NCBI GenBank assembly: GCA_963736025.1 | Contig: CAVTNH010000004.1 | Location: 25,309 to 89,308, forward strand | Origin: an uncultured Chloroflexia bacterium | Lineage (GTDB): Bacteria > Chloroflexota > Limnocylindria > Limnocylindrales > CSP1-4 | DNA: 64,000 nucleotides | Direction: 5' to 3' | Shown here: piece after piece, positions 18,840 through 30,084 of the stretch | How the letters are laid out: each line of letters starts with the position of its first letter | Position numbering within the stretch: the stretch's first letter is position 1 | Position numbers and translations under genes: made by a program | Notes under the pieces: generated by a model | Seen by the model: the letters and a program-made list of their open reading frames with translations, nothing else | The model's database searches: none | Told to the model about the DNA's origin: nothing

Positions 18840-19184
18840 TCACTCTTGCCTGACGATATCGACCGAGATCTCCACCGCCGGGGTCGTTCCCCTGTTCTCG
18901 AGCCAGTGGGTCGTGTTCCGATCCTCGGGCCAGCCCAGTCCCGGCCCGTACTCCGTGGTGACGCCGTCTCGATGGTCGGTGATCGTTCCCTGCAGGATGT
19001 ACACGGTGCCCGGTCTGCCGATGTGGTCGTGGATCGGGCCGAAGACGCCTCCGGGCTCGATGGTCACCATCCGCATGCGAAGCTGGCGCCCTTCCATGCC
19101 CTCGATCTCCGGCCCAAGGTCGACGGTGGCAAGCAACTGCACCGTCACACCCTTCGTCGCAGGTGCCACCTGCTCGTCGCCCAT
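18840..19184 (-). CDS. cupin domain protein
   Basis: 114 aa. VTIEPGGVFGPIHDHIGRPGTVYILQGT...HWLENRG is a cupin motif 1/2 pattern. Confidence 0.7.
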   Translation of the reverse strand: MGDEQVAPATKGVTVQLLATVDLGPEIEGMEGRQLRMRMVTIEPGGVFGPIHDHIGRPGTVYILQGTITDHRDGVTTEYGPGLGWPEDRNTTHWLENRGTTPAVEISVDIVRQE

Positions 19185-19199
19185 CGCGCTCGACCGCGA

Positions 19200-21743
19200 T
19201 CAGTCGCGGACGACGATGTTGATGAGCTTGCCGCCGGCGTGGATGACCCGCTCGGGGGTCCGGCCGGCCAGGGCGGCGACGATCTTCGGGCGCGCCAGGA
19301 CGAGCGCCTCGAGGTCCTCCTTGGCCGTGTCGATCGGCACGGTCACGAGGTCGCGCAGCTTGCCGTTGACCTGGACCGGCACCTCGCGGGTCGCCTCCGC
19401 GGTCGCGGACACGTCGACCTCGGGCCAGGCCTGCGCGTGGATCGATGACCAGGGCTCGCCCGCGGCCGTCAGCCGACGGCTCCACAGCTCCTCGGTGATG
19501 TGCGGCGCCGCCGGCGCCAGCATCAGCAGCAGCAGCCGGATCGCCTCGTCCCACTCCGCGGAGCCGGCGATCGGCGTGCCGCGATAGCGGAACAGGGTGT
19601 TCGAGAGCTCCATCAGCTTCGCGAGCATCGTGTTGAAGTGGAACGACTCGTAGTCCGCGGAGACGTCGCGCAGCGTCTTGTGGACGGCGCTGCGGAGCGT
19701 GGCCTTGGCCGTCGCCTCGGTCTCGCCGGCGGCCAGGACGCCTGAGTCCGGATTGCCGGCCTCGCGACCCTTCGCATCCAGCACGAGCGTCCAGACGCGG
19801 TTCAGGAACCGATGGACGCCGCCGATCCCGCTCGGGCTCCACGGCCCACCCTGGTCCCACGGGCCCATGAACATCAGGAACAGGCGGACGGTGTCGGCGC
19901 CGTACCGCCGGACGAGGTCGTCCGGGTCCTGGACGTTGCCGCGCGACTTCGACATCCGCTCGCCGTCGGCGCCCAGGATCTGGCCCTGGTTGAACAGCTT
20001 GAGGAACGGCTCCCGCTCGGTGATCAGGCCGAGGTCGGCCATCGCCTTCGTGAAGAAGCGGCTGTACAGCAGGTGCATGACCGCGTGCTCGGCGCCACCG
20101 GTGTACTCGTTGACCGGGGTCCAGCGCTTCACCATCTCCGCGTCCACCGGCCCGTCGCTCTTGTGGGGCGAGAGGTAGCGGAACCAGTACCACGACGAGT
20201 CGACGAACGTGTCCATCGTGTCGGTCTCGCGGCGCGCCGGCCGGCCGCACACGGGGCACGTGACGTTGACGAACGCGGCGTCGTGGTTGAGCGGGTTGTC
20301 GCCGCTGCCGTGGTAGTCGACGGTCTCCGGCAGCAGGACCGGCAGCTGGTCGTCGGGCACCGGGACGATGCCGTCGACCTCGCAGTAGATGACAGGGATC
20401 GGCGTGCCCCAGTAGCGCTGGCGGCTGACGAGCCAGTCGCGCAATCGATACGTGACCTTCGGCTCCGCGCGGCCGGTCTCGGCCAGCCAGGCGACGATGG
20501 CCGCCCCGCCCTCGTCGGCCGACTGGCCGTCGAAGCGGCCGCTGTTGACGAGCACCTCGCCCTCGGTGTGCGCGACGAAGGCCGCCTCGACCGGCGCCGT
20601 GGCGTCCACGCCCGGCGCGGCGACGACGCGCCGGATCGGCAGCCCGAACTTCTGCGCGAACAGGAAGTCGCGCTCGTCGTGGGCGGGCACGGCCATGATC
20701 GCGCCCGTGCCGTAGCCGGACAGCACGTAGTCCGCGATGAAGATCGGGATCCGCTCGCCGTTGACCGGGTTGACCGCATCGGCGCCCAGGGCGACGCCGG
20801 TCTTCTCGCGGTCGGTCGACAGGCGCTCGATCTCGGTCCGCCGGCGGGCCTGCGTGACGTACGCCTCGACCTCGGCCTGCCTGTCCGGGTGGGTCAACCG
20901 CTCGACGAGCGGGTGCTCCGGGGCCAGGACCATGAACGTGGCGCCGAACAGCGTGTCCGGCCGGGTCGTGAAGACACGGATGACGTCGCCGCCAGGCTGG
21001 TGGTCGTCCGCCGCCGTCGCGAAGTCGATCTCGGCGCCCTCGGAGCGGCCGATCCAGTTCGTCTGCTGGATCCGGATCGGTGCCGGCCAGTCGATGCCGT
21101 CGAACTTGAGCAGCTCGTCCGCGTAGGCGGTCGTCCGCAGGAACCACTGCTCGAGGTCGCGCTTCTCGACGAGCGCGCCGCAGCGCCAGCAGCGGCGGTC
21201 GGGTCCCTCGACCTGCTCGCGCGCGAGCGTGCCGTCGTTGGGGCACCAGTCGACCGGCGACATCGCCCGATACGCCATGCCGGCCTCGAGGAGTCGCAGG
21301 AACAGCCACTGGTTCCACTTGTAGTAGGCGGGGTCGGCGGTGACGACCTGGGTCTCCCAGGCGAACATCGCGCCCATCGTCTGGAACTGGCGACGCATCG
21401 TCTCGATGTTCTGCATCGTCCAGGTGAACGGGTGTCCGCCGCTCTTGATGGCCGCGTTCTCGGCCGGCAGCCCGAACGCGTCGAACCCGATCGGGAAGAA
21501 CACGTTGTAGCCGTGCATCCGACGGAATCGCGCGAGCGCGTCGGTCGGCGTCACGATGTACCAGTGGCCGATGTGCAGGTCACCCGACGGGTACGGGTAC
21601 ATCGTCAGCTGGTACCACTTGGGCCGCGAGTCGTCGCGCAGGTCCGTCTCGTCCATCCCGAGCTCGGCCCAGCGCGCCTGCCAGCGCGGCTCGATCGAGG
21701 TCGGGTCGTAGCGTTCGATCCGGGTTCGGGCGTCGGTGGTCAC
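19200..21743 (-). CDS. leuS: leucine--tRNA ligase (intact, 847 aa from GTG 21743)
   Basis: YPSGDLHIGHWY (HIGH), ERMSKSRGN (KMSKS), a CP1 editing domain, and full-length similarity to the LeuS pattern. The upstream 142 codons of ORF 19200..22169 are Arg/Gly-rich read-through. Confidence 0.95.
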   Translation of the reverse strand: MTTDARTRIERYDPTSIEPRWQARWAELGMDETDLRDDSRPKWYQLTMYPYPSGDLHIGHWYIVTPTDALARFRRMHGYNVFFPIGFDAFGLPAENAAIKSGGHPFTWTMQNIETMRRQFQTMGAMFAWETQVVTADPAYYKWNQWLFLRLLEAGMAYRAMSPVDWCPNDGTLAREQVEGPDRRCWRCGALVEKRDLEQWFLRTTAYADELLKFDGIDWPAPIRIQQTNWIGRSEGAEIDFATAADDHQPGGDVIRVFTTRPDTLFGATFMVLAPEHPLVERLTHPDRQAEVEAYVTQARRRTEIERLSTDREKTGVALGADAVNPVNGERIPIFIADYVLSGYGTGAIMAVPAHDERDFLFAQKFGLPIRRVVAAPGVDATAPVEAAFVAHTEGEVLVNSGRFDGQSADEGGAAIVAWLAETGRAEPKVTYRLRDWLVSRQRYWGTPIPVIYCEVDGIVPVPDDQLPVLLPETVDYHGSGDNPLNHDAAFVNVTCPVCGRPARRETDTMDTFVDSSWYWFRYLSPHKSDGPVDAEMVKRWTPVNEYTGGAEHAVMHLLYSRFFTKAMADLGLITEREPFLKLFNQGQILGADGERMSKSRGNVQDPDDLVRRYGADTVRLFLMFMGPWDQGGPWSPSGIGGVHRFLNRVWTLVLDAKGREAGNPDSGVLAAGETEATAKATLRSAVHKTLRDVSADYESFHFNTMLAKLMELSNTLFRYRGTPIAGSAEWDEAIRLLLLMLAPAAPHITEELWSRRLTAAGEPWSSIHAQAWPEVDVSATAEATREVPVQVNGKLRDLVTVPIDTAKEDLEALVLARPKIVAALAGRTPERVIHAGGKLINIVVRD

Positions 21744-21799
21744 GGGCCAATCGTGCCAGATAACGGGGGAGCCGTTGGCGGGTCGGGTGGCGCCGGTCT

Positions 21800-22258
21800 C
21801 TAGCGGGGGAGGACCTCGGTCGCCTGGATGATCGGGCCGATCTGGCAGATCGACGCCATGTCCGTCGCCTCGCTGCCCTTGACCGACACGGTGTCGCCGG
21901 CCCGGCTGTGGACCGAGCCGTCGGGTGCGAGGAGCTCGAGCGGCGACTTCTGGAGGGTCCAGCCCTCGGGATAGAGGACCTCGAGCTTGCGGCCGTCGGC
22001 CGCCTGGAGGAACGCGCAGCCGCCCTCGATCGCATCCGAGGAGAGGACACCGGTGTACGTGTCCGCGGCGTCCGGCGCCAACGGCTTGCTGGGACCGGGC
22101 GTGATCAGCGAGATGCTCGGCGACGCCGACGGGGTGGCAGCCGACGGGCTGGAGCCGGCCGCTGAACACGCTGCGACCAGCAGCGTGCCGGCAAGGAGCA
22201 GTCCCGCCGTGGCGCGCCGGCGGGTCTGGCCGCGGCTGATTCGACGCTCAGTTGCCAT
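21800..22258 (-). CDS. lipoprotein
   Basis: 152 aa. Signal with lipobox LLVAAC and a Ser/Pro linker. Intact. Confidence 0.6.
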   Translation of the reverse strand: MATERRISRGQTRRRATAGLLLAGTLLVAACSAAGSSPSAATPSASPSISLITPGPSKPLAPDAADTYTGVLSSDAIEGGCAFLQAADGRKLEVLYPEGWTLQKSPLELLAPDGSVHSRAGDTVSVKGSEATDMASICQIGPIIQATEVLPR

Positions 22259-22529
22259 GGTCCCCTCGCGGAAATGCGTTGCCAGTCGTCACCACGCCAC
22301 ATGGGTCGCGGCTCATCCGGATTGCGGCGGTGATACGGACCGGCCATGATGCGCACACGAGGATACGCCCACATCCGCCCCTATGCCCCAGCTCTGGGCG
22401 ATCCTGCTCCTGGCGCGCGCCACAGGCGGTGCGGCCGCGCTCCACCGCATCGATCTCGGAGGTGTCGAGTACGTCCAGCGGTCCATCTGCCATCGAACGG
22501 ACTCAACGATTCGTCTGGGAGGAGAACGA

Positions 22530-25517
22530 ATGCAGAGGAAGACGTTCATTCGGGGCCTGTTCCTCGCCCTACTGACCCTGTCGCTGGCGGCCACGGCCGC
22601 CGCCCCGGTCCTGGCGAAGGACGGAAGGAAGTCGTACATCGTGGTCCTCGCGGGGGCCCCGATCGCGACGTATGAAGGCGGACTCACCGGGTACGCGCGA
22701 ACCAAGGCCCCCGAGGGCAAGAGAGTCGCCGTCAACACCGCCCCGGCCAGGAAGTACGAGAAGTTCCTGACAGCCGAACACAACAAGTCGCTCAAGACGG
22801 CCGGCGTGGGGACGGCGGCCAAGCTGCACGACTACACGGTCTCGCTCAACGGCTACTCCGCCGTTCTGACGCCGAAGCAGGTCGACGCGATCAGGACGCA
22901 AAAGGGCGTCCTGCACGTCTTCGAAGACCAGATGCGGCAGCCAGCGACCGACAGCAGCGGCAAGTTCCTGGGGCTCACCGCACGGGGCGGCGCCTACGCC
23001 AGTGGCTTCACCGGCGAGAACGTCGTGGTCGGCGTCATCGACACCGGCATCTGGCCGGAGCACCCCTCGTTCGCCGACAACGGCTCCTACGGGCCGTCCC
23101 CGATCCCCGCGGTGCCGTGCGAGTTCGGCAACACCGCGCACAACGCGAACGACGTGCCCTTCACCTGCAACAACAAGCTGCTGGGCGCTCGGCAGATGCT
23201 CGAGACGTACCGGTTCTTCATCGGGGCCGACCCCGATGAGTTCGACTCGGCACGTGACGACAACGGCCACGGGACGCATACCGCCTCGACGGCCGCCGGC
23301 AACAAGAACGTTCAGGCCAGTCATCCACGGCGACCCCATCGCCAAGATCACCGGCATCGCCCCGCGCGCCCGGATCGTGGCCTACAAGGGTCTCGGCAAC
23401 CTCGGTGGGTTCACCTCCGACCTCGCCGCCGCGATCGACCAGGCCGTCGCCGACGGCGTCGACGTCATCAACTATTCCATCGGGAGCGGCCCGGGCCTGC
23501 CCGGCGCCGACGACCTCTCGTTCCTCTTCGCCGCCGACGCGGGCGTCTTCGTGGCCACCTCGGCCGGCAACGACGGCCCGGGCCCGGAGACGGTCGGCAA
23601 CCCGGCGACGATGCCGTGGGTGACGACCGTCGGGGCGAACACCCAGAGCCGGTTCTTCGAGGGCTTCATCACCCTCGGCAACGGCCGGCGGTACGAGGGT
23701 GCCTCCCTGACGCCAGGACCTCGGCTGGACCCCATTGGCCGACGCGGCCGCGGCCGGTGACGAGCTGTGCACACCGGGCGCTCTCGATGCGACGGTCGTG
23801 ACCGGCAAGATCGTGCTGTGCAAGCGCGGCGTCGTCGGGCGCGTGGAGAAGTCCCTCGCCGTGTTCGAGGCCGGCGGCGTCGGCATGATCCTGTACAACG
23901 CCGACAACGTCGACAACCTGTTCACCGACAACCATTGGGTCCCGTCGGTCCACGTCGACAACAAGCCGGGCCTGAAGATCAAGTCGTACATCGCCAAGGC
24001 CGCACACCCGCGCGCCAAGCTCGACTCGAAGACCAACAGCAACAAGCCCAGGGTCACGAAATGGCGCCCGGCCCCGAGCATGACGATCTTCTCGTCGCGG
24101 GGCCCGAACGCCGTGGCGCCTGACATCCTCAAGCCCGACGTGACCGCGCCGGGTCTGCAGATCCTCGCCGGAGCGTCCCCGTTCACCGACGAGGGCGAGG
24201 TGGCCGGTGAGCTGTTCCAGGCCATCGCCGGGACGTCGATGTCGAGCCCGCACGTGGCCGGCATCTACGCCCTGATCAAGCAGGCGCATCCCGAGTGGTC
24301 CGCGGCCGAGGCCAAGTCGGCCCTCATGACCACGGCCAACACGAACGTCAAGGACAACGACCGCGTCCACCGCGCGGGTCCGTTCGCCATGGGCGCCGGC
24401 CAGGTCGATCCGGGCGGCCGGTGGAGCCTCAAGGGCTCCCTCAACAAGCCCGGTCTCGTCTATGACGCCGGCCTCTTCGACTACGTCGGCTTCCTGTGCG
24501 GGATGGAGTGGGGCCTTGTCAGCTCCGACGACTGCGACTTCCTCGCGAGCGTCGGCGTTCCGACCAGGCCCGTCGATCTCAACCTGCCCTCGATCGGCAT
24601 CTCGTCGGTCGTCGGCAACGAGACCATCACCCGAACGGTGACGGCTGTGACCAGCGGGCACCCACAAGGTGACCTACAGGGCCCATGTCGACGCACCTCC
24701 CGGATACAAGGTCAAGGTCACGCCCTCGAAGCTCAGGCTCCGGGGCGGCGAAACCGCCACGTTCACCGTGACGGTGACGAACAAGAACGGCCCGGTCGAC
24801 GAGTGGCGCACCGGCTCCCTGACCTGGAAGGGCGAGGGCTATTCGGTCCGCAGCCCGATCGCGGTCAAGGCGGCGCTGTTCCACGCCCCCGCGGCCGTCT
24901 CCGGGACCGGCGCCTCCGGCACCGCGAGCTTCCCCGTGAAGTTCGGGTACACCGGCTCGTACACGGCTGGGGCCCACGGCCTCATCAAGTCGACCGTGAC
25001 CCAGGCCAACGTCAAGCAGGATCCCAATCAGGACTTCGACCCGACTGACGTCGTCGCAGGCGGCGCCAACGTCCACACGTTCACCCTCACCGATGCAGCT
25101 CACTTCCGGGTGGCTATGCCGCCGGAAGCGACCGAGCCCAACGCGGACCTTGACGTCTACGTCTACGGTCCCGATGGCGCGCTCGCCGCGACCAGCACCG
25201 CTGGCGGCACCGACGAGCACATCGACATCGACGACCCAGCCGACGGCGCGTGGAAGGTCTTCGTCCACGGCTGGCAGACCATCGGAACGGACTCGGACTA
25301 CTCCATGTGGTCCTGGATCGTGCCGAACGCGACCGGCGGCAGCCTGACGATCAACTCGGCCCCGGCTTCGGCCGTGACCGGTGCGTCCGGCACTGTCGTC
25401 GTCGGCTGGACCGGCCTGGAGACGGGCCTGACCGCCGACTGGTATCTCGGAGCGGTGTCGCACACCGGACCTACCGGGTTGATGGGTCGCACGTTCGTCA
25501 ACGTCGACAACCGCTGA
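22530..25517 (+). CDS. secreted S8 subtilisin-family serine protease (I9 propeptide, PA insert, Fn3-like and C-terminal pre-peptidase-like domains), 3 frame disruptions (near 23315, 23715, 24665)
   Basis: Signal MQRKTFIRGLFLALLTLSLAA. Catalytic motifs VGVIDTGIWPEHPSF (Asp), DDNGHGTHTASTAAG (His) and AGTSMSSPHVAG (Ser). Fragments are ORFs 22383.., 23002.., 23735.. and 24669..; each shift is +1. Confidence 0.85.
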
Positions 25518-25539
25518 CCCAGCGTCCGTAGCGAAACGA

Positions 25540-25575
25540 GAGGGCGGGCTCCCATCGGGGGCCCGCCCTCTTCTC
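25540..25575. terminator. GC-rich hairpin GAGGGCGGGC-(11 nt)-GCCCGCCCTC followed by TTCTCT, between convergent genes
   Basis: Perfect 10-bp stem 22 nt after the protease stop. Confidence 0.55.
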
Positions 25576-25614
25576 TGTGTCCCGGCGCGTCGGCCGTCAG
25601 TGGCGCGTCGGCCG

Positions 25615-25908
25615 TCAGCGGCGTTTCGCCGCCTCGCACAGGAAGAGGCCGCGCCGGCCGCCGTAGTGGTAGTCGTACCGCCGGCCGTCGGCCTCGAGGA
25701 CGATCTTCGCCCCGTCCGATGGCACCTGCAGGTAGGCCATGCCCGGTTGCGGGCAGCCCATCGCGGAGTTCGGCCAGACGACGCCGGCGGCCTCGACGAC
25801 CTCGATGGTCTCGGGCGGGACGGACGACCGGCGGGCCAGGTCGGCGCGGGCCTCGTCGATGAGGCGCTCCAGCCCGGAGGCGGGCGGTGACGGCCGATCG
25901 GGTGTCAT
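25615..25908 (-). CDS. 97-aa hypothetical protein
   Basis: MTPDRPSPPASGLERLIDEARADL...GCPQPGMAYLQVPSDGAKIVLEADGRRYDYHYGG.... Coding-like GC3. Sits immediately downstream of the tRNA-Ala on the same strand. Confidence 0.45.
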   Translation of the reverse strand: MTPDRPSPPASGLERLIDEARADLARRSSVPPETIEVVEAAGVVWPNSAMGCPQPGMAYLQVPSDGAKIVLEADGRRYDYHYGGRRGLFLCEAAKRR

Positions 25909-25931
25909 GCGCGGTGTGGACCCTGGTGGCT

Positions 25932-26007
25932 TGGTGGAGCCACGGGGACTCGAACCCCGGACCTTCTGCATGCCATGCAGACGCTCTTCCAGCTGAGCTA
26001 TGGCCCC
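25932..26007 (-). tRNA. tRNA-Ala (anticodon GGC), CCA encoded
   Basis: Minus strand GGGGCCA-TA-GCTCAGCTGGAAGAGC-G-TCTGC-ATGGCAT-GCAGA-AGGTC-CGGGG-TTCGAGT-CCCCG-TGGCTCC-A-CCA. Cloverleaf with the G3:U70 Ala identity pair. Confidence 0.9.
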
Positions 26008-26068
26008 ACGGAACGCGGAGTGTATCAGTGTCGCGTCGCCCCCGGCCGCGGCGGCCAGACGTGGCACC

Positions 26069-27698
26069 ATGGCCTTCGTGACAGGATTCGACCTGCTCCT
26101 GCGCGGCGGGAGCGTCATCGATGGGACCGGCGCCCCGGGGGTGCGTGCCGACGTCGGCGTCCGCGGCGATCGGGTCGTCGCCGTCGGCGACCTGGGCGTG
26201 GTGGCGGACGGTGAGGTCGGCCTCGAGCTGGACGTCACCGGCAAGGTGGTCGCGCCCGGCTTCATCGACCCGCACGGCCACTCCGACGGCTCGCTCTTCG
26301 TCGACGGGGCGCTGATCAGCCACGTGCGCCAGGGTTTCACGACCCAGCTTTCGGGGAACTGCGGCGACACGCTCGCGCCGATCACCGCGATCGGCCGGGA
26401 ACTGGTCGCGCTCTCGCTCCGACCGAACGGCCTGACCGCGCGGTGGCAGTCGTTCGCCGAGTACCTCGACGAGGTCGAGCGCGAGCCGCTCGGTCCGAAC
26501 GTCGCGTTTCTCGTCGGCCACGGGACGGTCCGCGGGATCGGTCATCGGGGCCGAGGCTCGCGCCCCGACGCCCGACGAACTGCGGGTGATGGTCGGGGAG
26601 GTCGAGGCGGCGATCGAGGCCGGCGCCATCGGCCTGTCGTCGGGGCTCATCTACGCGCCGGGCGTCCACGCCGGGCCGCACGAGATGGCCGCCCTGGTGA
26701 GCGCCGCGACACGGGCCGACGCCCTCTACGCGACCCACATCCGCAACGAGGCTGCCGGTCTGTTCGAGGCGCTCGACGAGGCGCTGACGGCCGTGCGCGC
26801 CTCGGGCGAGGGCGGCCGCCTCCAGGTCTCGCACCTCAAGTGCGGGTCGCGCTCGGTCTCGGGCCGCGCCGACGAGGCGGTCGGCGTCCTCGAGGCGGCC
26901 CGCGAGGACGGCGTGGACGTCGCCGCCGACCAGTACCCGTACACGGCCGCCGCGACGACCCTGGCCATCGTGCTGCCGCCCGCGCTGCTGGGCCTCGGGG
27001 TCGAGGAATGCGTGGCGGCGCTGGGCGACCAGGAGGTCCGCTTCCGGGTGCGCGACGAGATCGCCCGGGGGAGTTCCGGCTGGGAGAACGTGGCGTCCGA
27101 CCCGGGCTGGTCCGGGATCCGGATCTCGCACGCGGCGAGCCATCCGGACTGGGCGGGCCGCTCGCTCGCGGAGCTCGGCGAGGCCCTGGGCGCCGAACCG
27201 GCCAATCTCGCGTTCGACGCCCTGATGGACGACCGGCTCGACGTGTCGGTGGTCATCGACTGCATGTCCGAGGCCGACGTCGAGACGATCATGGCCGTGC
27301 CCTGGATCGCGGTCTGCACCGACGCCGAGGGCCGCCGGCCCGGTCATCCGATCCTCGACGCGGGACGGCCGCATCCGCGCACCTACGGCTCGACCGCCCG
27401 GGTCCTCGGCACGTACGTGCGCGAGCGGGGCACGCTGACACTCGAGACGGCGGTCGCGAAGCTCACGTCCGTGCCGGCCGCACGCCTCCGGTTGCGCGAC
27501 CGCGGGACCGTCCGGGAGGGCGCGTTCGCGGACCTGGTCGTGTTCGATCCGGCCACGGTCGCCGACGAGGCCACCTACCTCGAGCCTGCCCGCCACCCGA
27601 TCGGCATCGAGCACGTGATCGTCAACGGCCAGCCGGCGGTCCTCGCGGGTCAGGAGACCGGGCAACGGCCCGGGCGTCTCCTGCGTCGGGGCGCGTGA
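26069..27698 (+). CDS. N-acyl-D-amino-acid deacylase (D-aminoacylase, amidohydrolase superfamily), 1 frame disruption near 26545
   Basis: GGSVIDGTGAP...VVAPGFIDPHGHSD..., then ORF 26586..27698 with GLSSGLIYAPG...YATHIRNE...QVSHLK...ADQYPYTA...VCTDA...HPRTYGS. Confidence 0.8.
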
Positions 27699-28516
27699 CC
27701 CGCTCGACACCCGGGGCCACCGAGGAGCCCGCGATCGCGCGCCTGCCGGGAGGGCCCGTCCCGTACACGCTCCGTCGGTCGCCGCGGGCGCGCACGCTGC
27801 GCGTGGTCATCCATCCGGAGCGGGGTGTCGTCGTGACGGTCCCGTCCGCCGGCCGGCGGGGATGGACCGACCCGGAACGCCACGTCACCGCGTTCCTCGC
27901 AGAGCGCGAGCCATGGCTCCGCCGCCACCTCGCTCGCCAGTCCGACGCGCGCGAGCAGCTCGCGGCGCGGGGCGGCCTGGAGGACGGCGCCCTGATCCGC
28001 TATCGCGGCGACCTCCATCGACTGCGTTTCGAGGCGGCCCGGCCGCGCATCCGGCGATCGAGCGTGGAGCGTGTCGGTGGCGACGGCGAGGACCTGATCG
28101 TCGTTCGTCGGGCCGCCGCGGATCGTCGATCCACGGCCGTCGTCCTCGAGGCGTGGTTCCGTACCCGGGCCAGGACCGAGATCGAGCGGGTCATCGCGCG
28201 GTACGCCGAGGGCTTCGACGTCGGCCCGACGGTCGTCACGATCCGCGACCCACGCTCGCGCTGGGGGAGCGCGTCGCGCGGCGGCCGCCTGTCGTTCTCG
28301 TGGCGACTCATCCTCGCCCCGCCCGAGGCCCTCGAGACCGTCGTCATCCACGAGCTGGCCCACCTGCGGATCTTCGGTCACGGCCCCGGCTTCTGGGCGC
28401 TGGTGGCCGAACGGCGTCCCGACCACGTGCAATGGCGCCACTGGCTGCGCGACCACGCGCTGGAGCTGCACGGCGCCATCGATCAGTCGAGCAGCGAGGA
28501 CGGCTCCTCGTCGTAG
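27695..28516 (+). CDS. YgjP-like (DUF45/M48-type) metal-dependent hydrolase
   Basis: GTG overlaps the previous stop (GTGA). RSRWGSAS..GRLSFSWRLILAPPEALETVVIHELAHL is the DUF45 HExxH signature. Confidence 0.75.
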   Translation: MTRSTPGATEEPAIARLPGGPVPYTLRRSPRARTLRVVIHPERGVVVTVPSAGRRGWTDPERHVTAFLAEREPWLRRHLARQSDAREQLAARGGLEDGALIRYRGDLHRLRFEAARPRIRRSSVERVGGDGEDLIVVRRAAADRRSTAVVLEAWFRTRARTEIERVIARYAEGFDVGPTVVTIRDPRSRWGSASRGGRLSFSWRLILAPPEALETVVIHELAHLRIFGHGPGFWALVAERRPDHVQWRHWLRDHALELHGAIDQSSSEDGSSS

Positions 28517-29227
28517 GCGATGACCGTCGAGCCGGTCCAGCGCAACGGCTCGATGTCGAGCTCGTCGGCCGAGCCGTCCGCGAAGACCTCCCACATCGCG
28601 ACCGCGAGGTCCAGGTCCACCGTCCTCGGGCAGGCTGACGAGCGCATTCCGGACCGGTGTCAGCAGCGTGCGTGGCTCGTCGCCGAGGATGGGTCCGAGC
28701 CGGTCCGGCGCGAGGATCAGCGCCGATCCCCAGCCCTGCGCCTGGACGACGGTCGTCGGCATGCCGCGCCACGTCGTCGACTCGACGATCGGCGGCTCAT
28801 CGACCACGCGCCGGCGAAGGTTCTCGAGCGCGGTGCCCAGGAGCGTGGCGTCGTCGACGCCCCAGCGCGTGAGGAGGTCGCGCGAGACGTGCGCCCACAT
28901 CGGCCCGACGTCGATCCCGAAGCCCGTCCAGACGCCGGGCGGCACGCGCAGGTGGATCGGCGCGGCCTGGGCCGGGAACGGGTGCCGCACGCGCTTGAGC
29001 AGCGGCATGATCGACGACGCGACGTCCGGCCACGGGCCGCTCGGATCGAAGGCGACGAACGCCTCGAGCGCCCGCCGCGCGATGACCGGGTCGACCGGTC
29101 CGCCGAGCGGCACGATCTCCCACTCCCCACGACCGCGACGGGCCGCGTCCCTGGCCGCGCGTCTCGCCCGCCGCTCCGCCTTGCCCGTGGTCGACTGCTG
29201 GGCCTTGGTCGTCTTCATGCCCGGCAT
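28483..29227 (-). CDS. hypothetical protein, 1 frame disruption near 28620; 3' end overlaps the convergent DUF45 gene by 34 nt
   Basis: N-terminal 200 aa from ORF 27650..29227. Continues as ...LPEDVDLDLAVAMWEVFADGSADELDIEPLRWTGSTVIAYDEEPSSLLD to TGA 28483-28485. Confidence 0.45.
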
Positions 29228-29263
29228 CGTGACCGGGGCCCTTAGCTGCGGCGTATCCCCGCT

Positions 29264-29830
29264 TCACCCGCGCTGCACGTCAGGTCGGGCGTCCGCGTGG
29301 GTCGGGCTCGACGGCAGGCCAAGGCGATCGACGATGTCGCCGACGACCTCGCGTGGACGGCGCAGGTCGACATCGATGACGAGGTCTGCGACCGACGCGA
29401 ACCAGGGGGATCGCTCGGCCGCGACGCTCTCGATCCACTCGGGTGAGAGGGCGTCGGCGCGGCGGCCCTGGCCGGTCCCGGCACGGGCGAGGAGCGTCTC
29501 GGGCTCCGCGCGCAGCCAGACCACCCGGCCGGCGTCGTGCATCTGCGATCGCAGGTCCGGCCGGGTCACGACCCAGGCGGCGACACCGACGATGACCGGC
29601 GGGTCGAGGGTCAGCGAGCGCTCGAACGCGACCGTCTCGGCGGCGTGGAGGGCGTCGACACCGCCGTGCGGCTTCGAGGTCCGGGGCGGCCTGCCCGGTC
29701 ACGATCGCGGATGAGCTGGTCGTTGTCGAGGTAGGGCCAGCCGGTCTCGCGGGACAGGCGACGGCCGATCGTGGACTTGCCACTGCCCATCAGCCCGATG
29801 AGGAAGATCCGTCCGTCGCGATCCGTCTGG
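29264..29830 (-). CDS. shikimate/gluconate-kinase-like P-loop kinase, frame-disrupted; start unresolved
   Basis: RIFLIGLMGSGKSTIGRRLSRETGWPYLDNDQLI (Walker A), then a shift, then ORF 29264..29569 (...VVWLRAEPETLLAR...). Confidence 0.5.
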
Positions 29831-29860
29831 CTGAATGATGCAGATCGACGGGGCGTCGGG

Positions 29861-29936
29861 TGGTGGAGATGAGGGGACTCGAACCCCTGACCCCCGCGAT
29901 GCGAACGCGGTGCTCTTCCAGCTGAGCTACATCCCC
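29861..29936 (-). tRNA. tRNA-Ala (anticodon CGC), CCA encoded
   Basis: Minus strand GGGGATG-TA-GCTCAGCTGGAAGAGC-A-CCGCG-TTCGCAT-CGCGG-GGGTC-AGGGG-TTCGAGT-CCCCT-CATCTCC-A-CCA. G3:U70 present. Confidence 0.9.
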
Positions 29937-30084
29937 ACGGGGCGTCGGTCGCACGAGGGCGCCGAACCGGTGGCAGAGTCTAGCACGCGACCCCCGGCCG
30001 GCCGGCCGGGCGCGGCGACGCCCGCGCGGGCGCGGCGTGCGCAACCGCGTCCGGCCGATGAGACGCGGCCCGTAGGCTGCGCCG

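Noticed and set aside
18628-21318. 896-aa minus ORF and 663-aa plus ORF (19812..21803) overlapping leuS
   Set aside because: Both are alternative-frame or antisense shadows of the intact leuS gene, with extreme Arg/Gly/Pro content. Only the last 60 codons of 18628..21318 (a small membrane protein) appear genuine.
25900-30000. Genomic island or prophage integrated at the tRNA-Ala genes
   Set aside because: No integrase, recombinase, phage structural gene or tRNA-derived direct repeat was recognised between or beside the two tRNAs.
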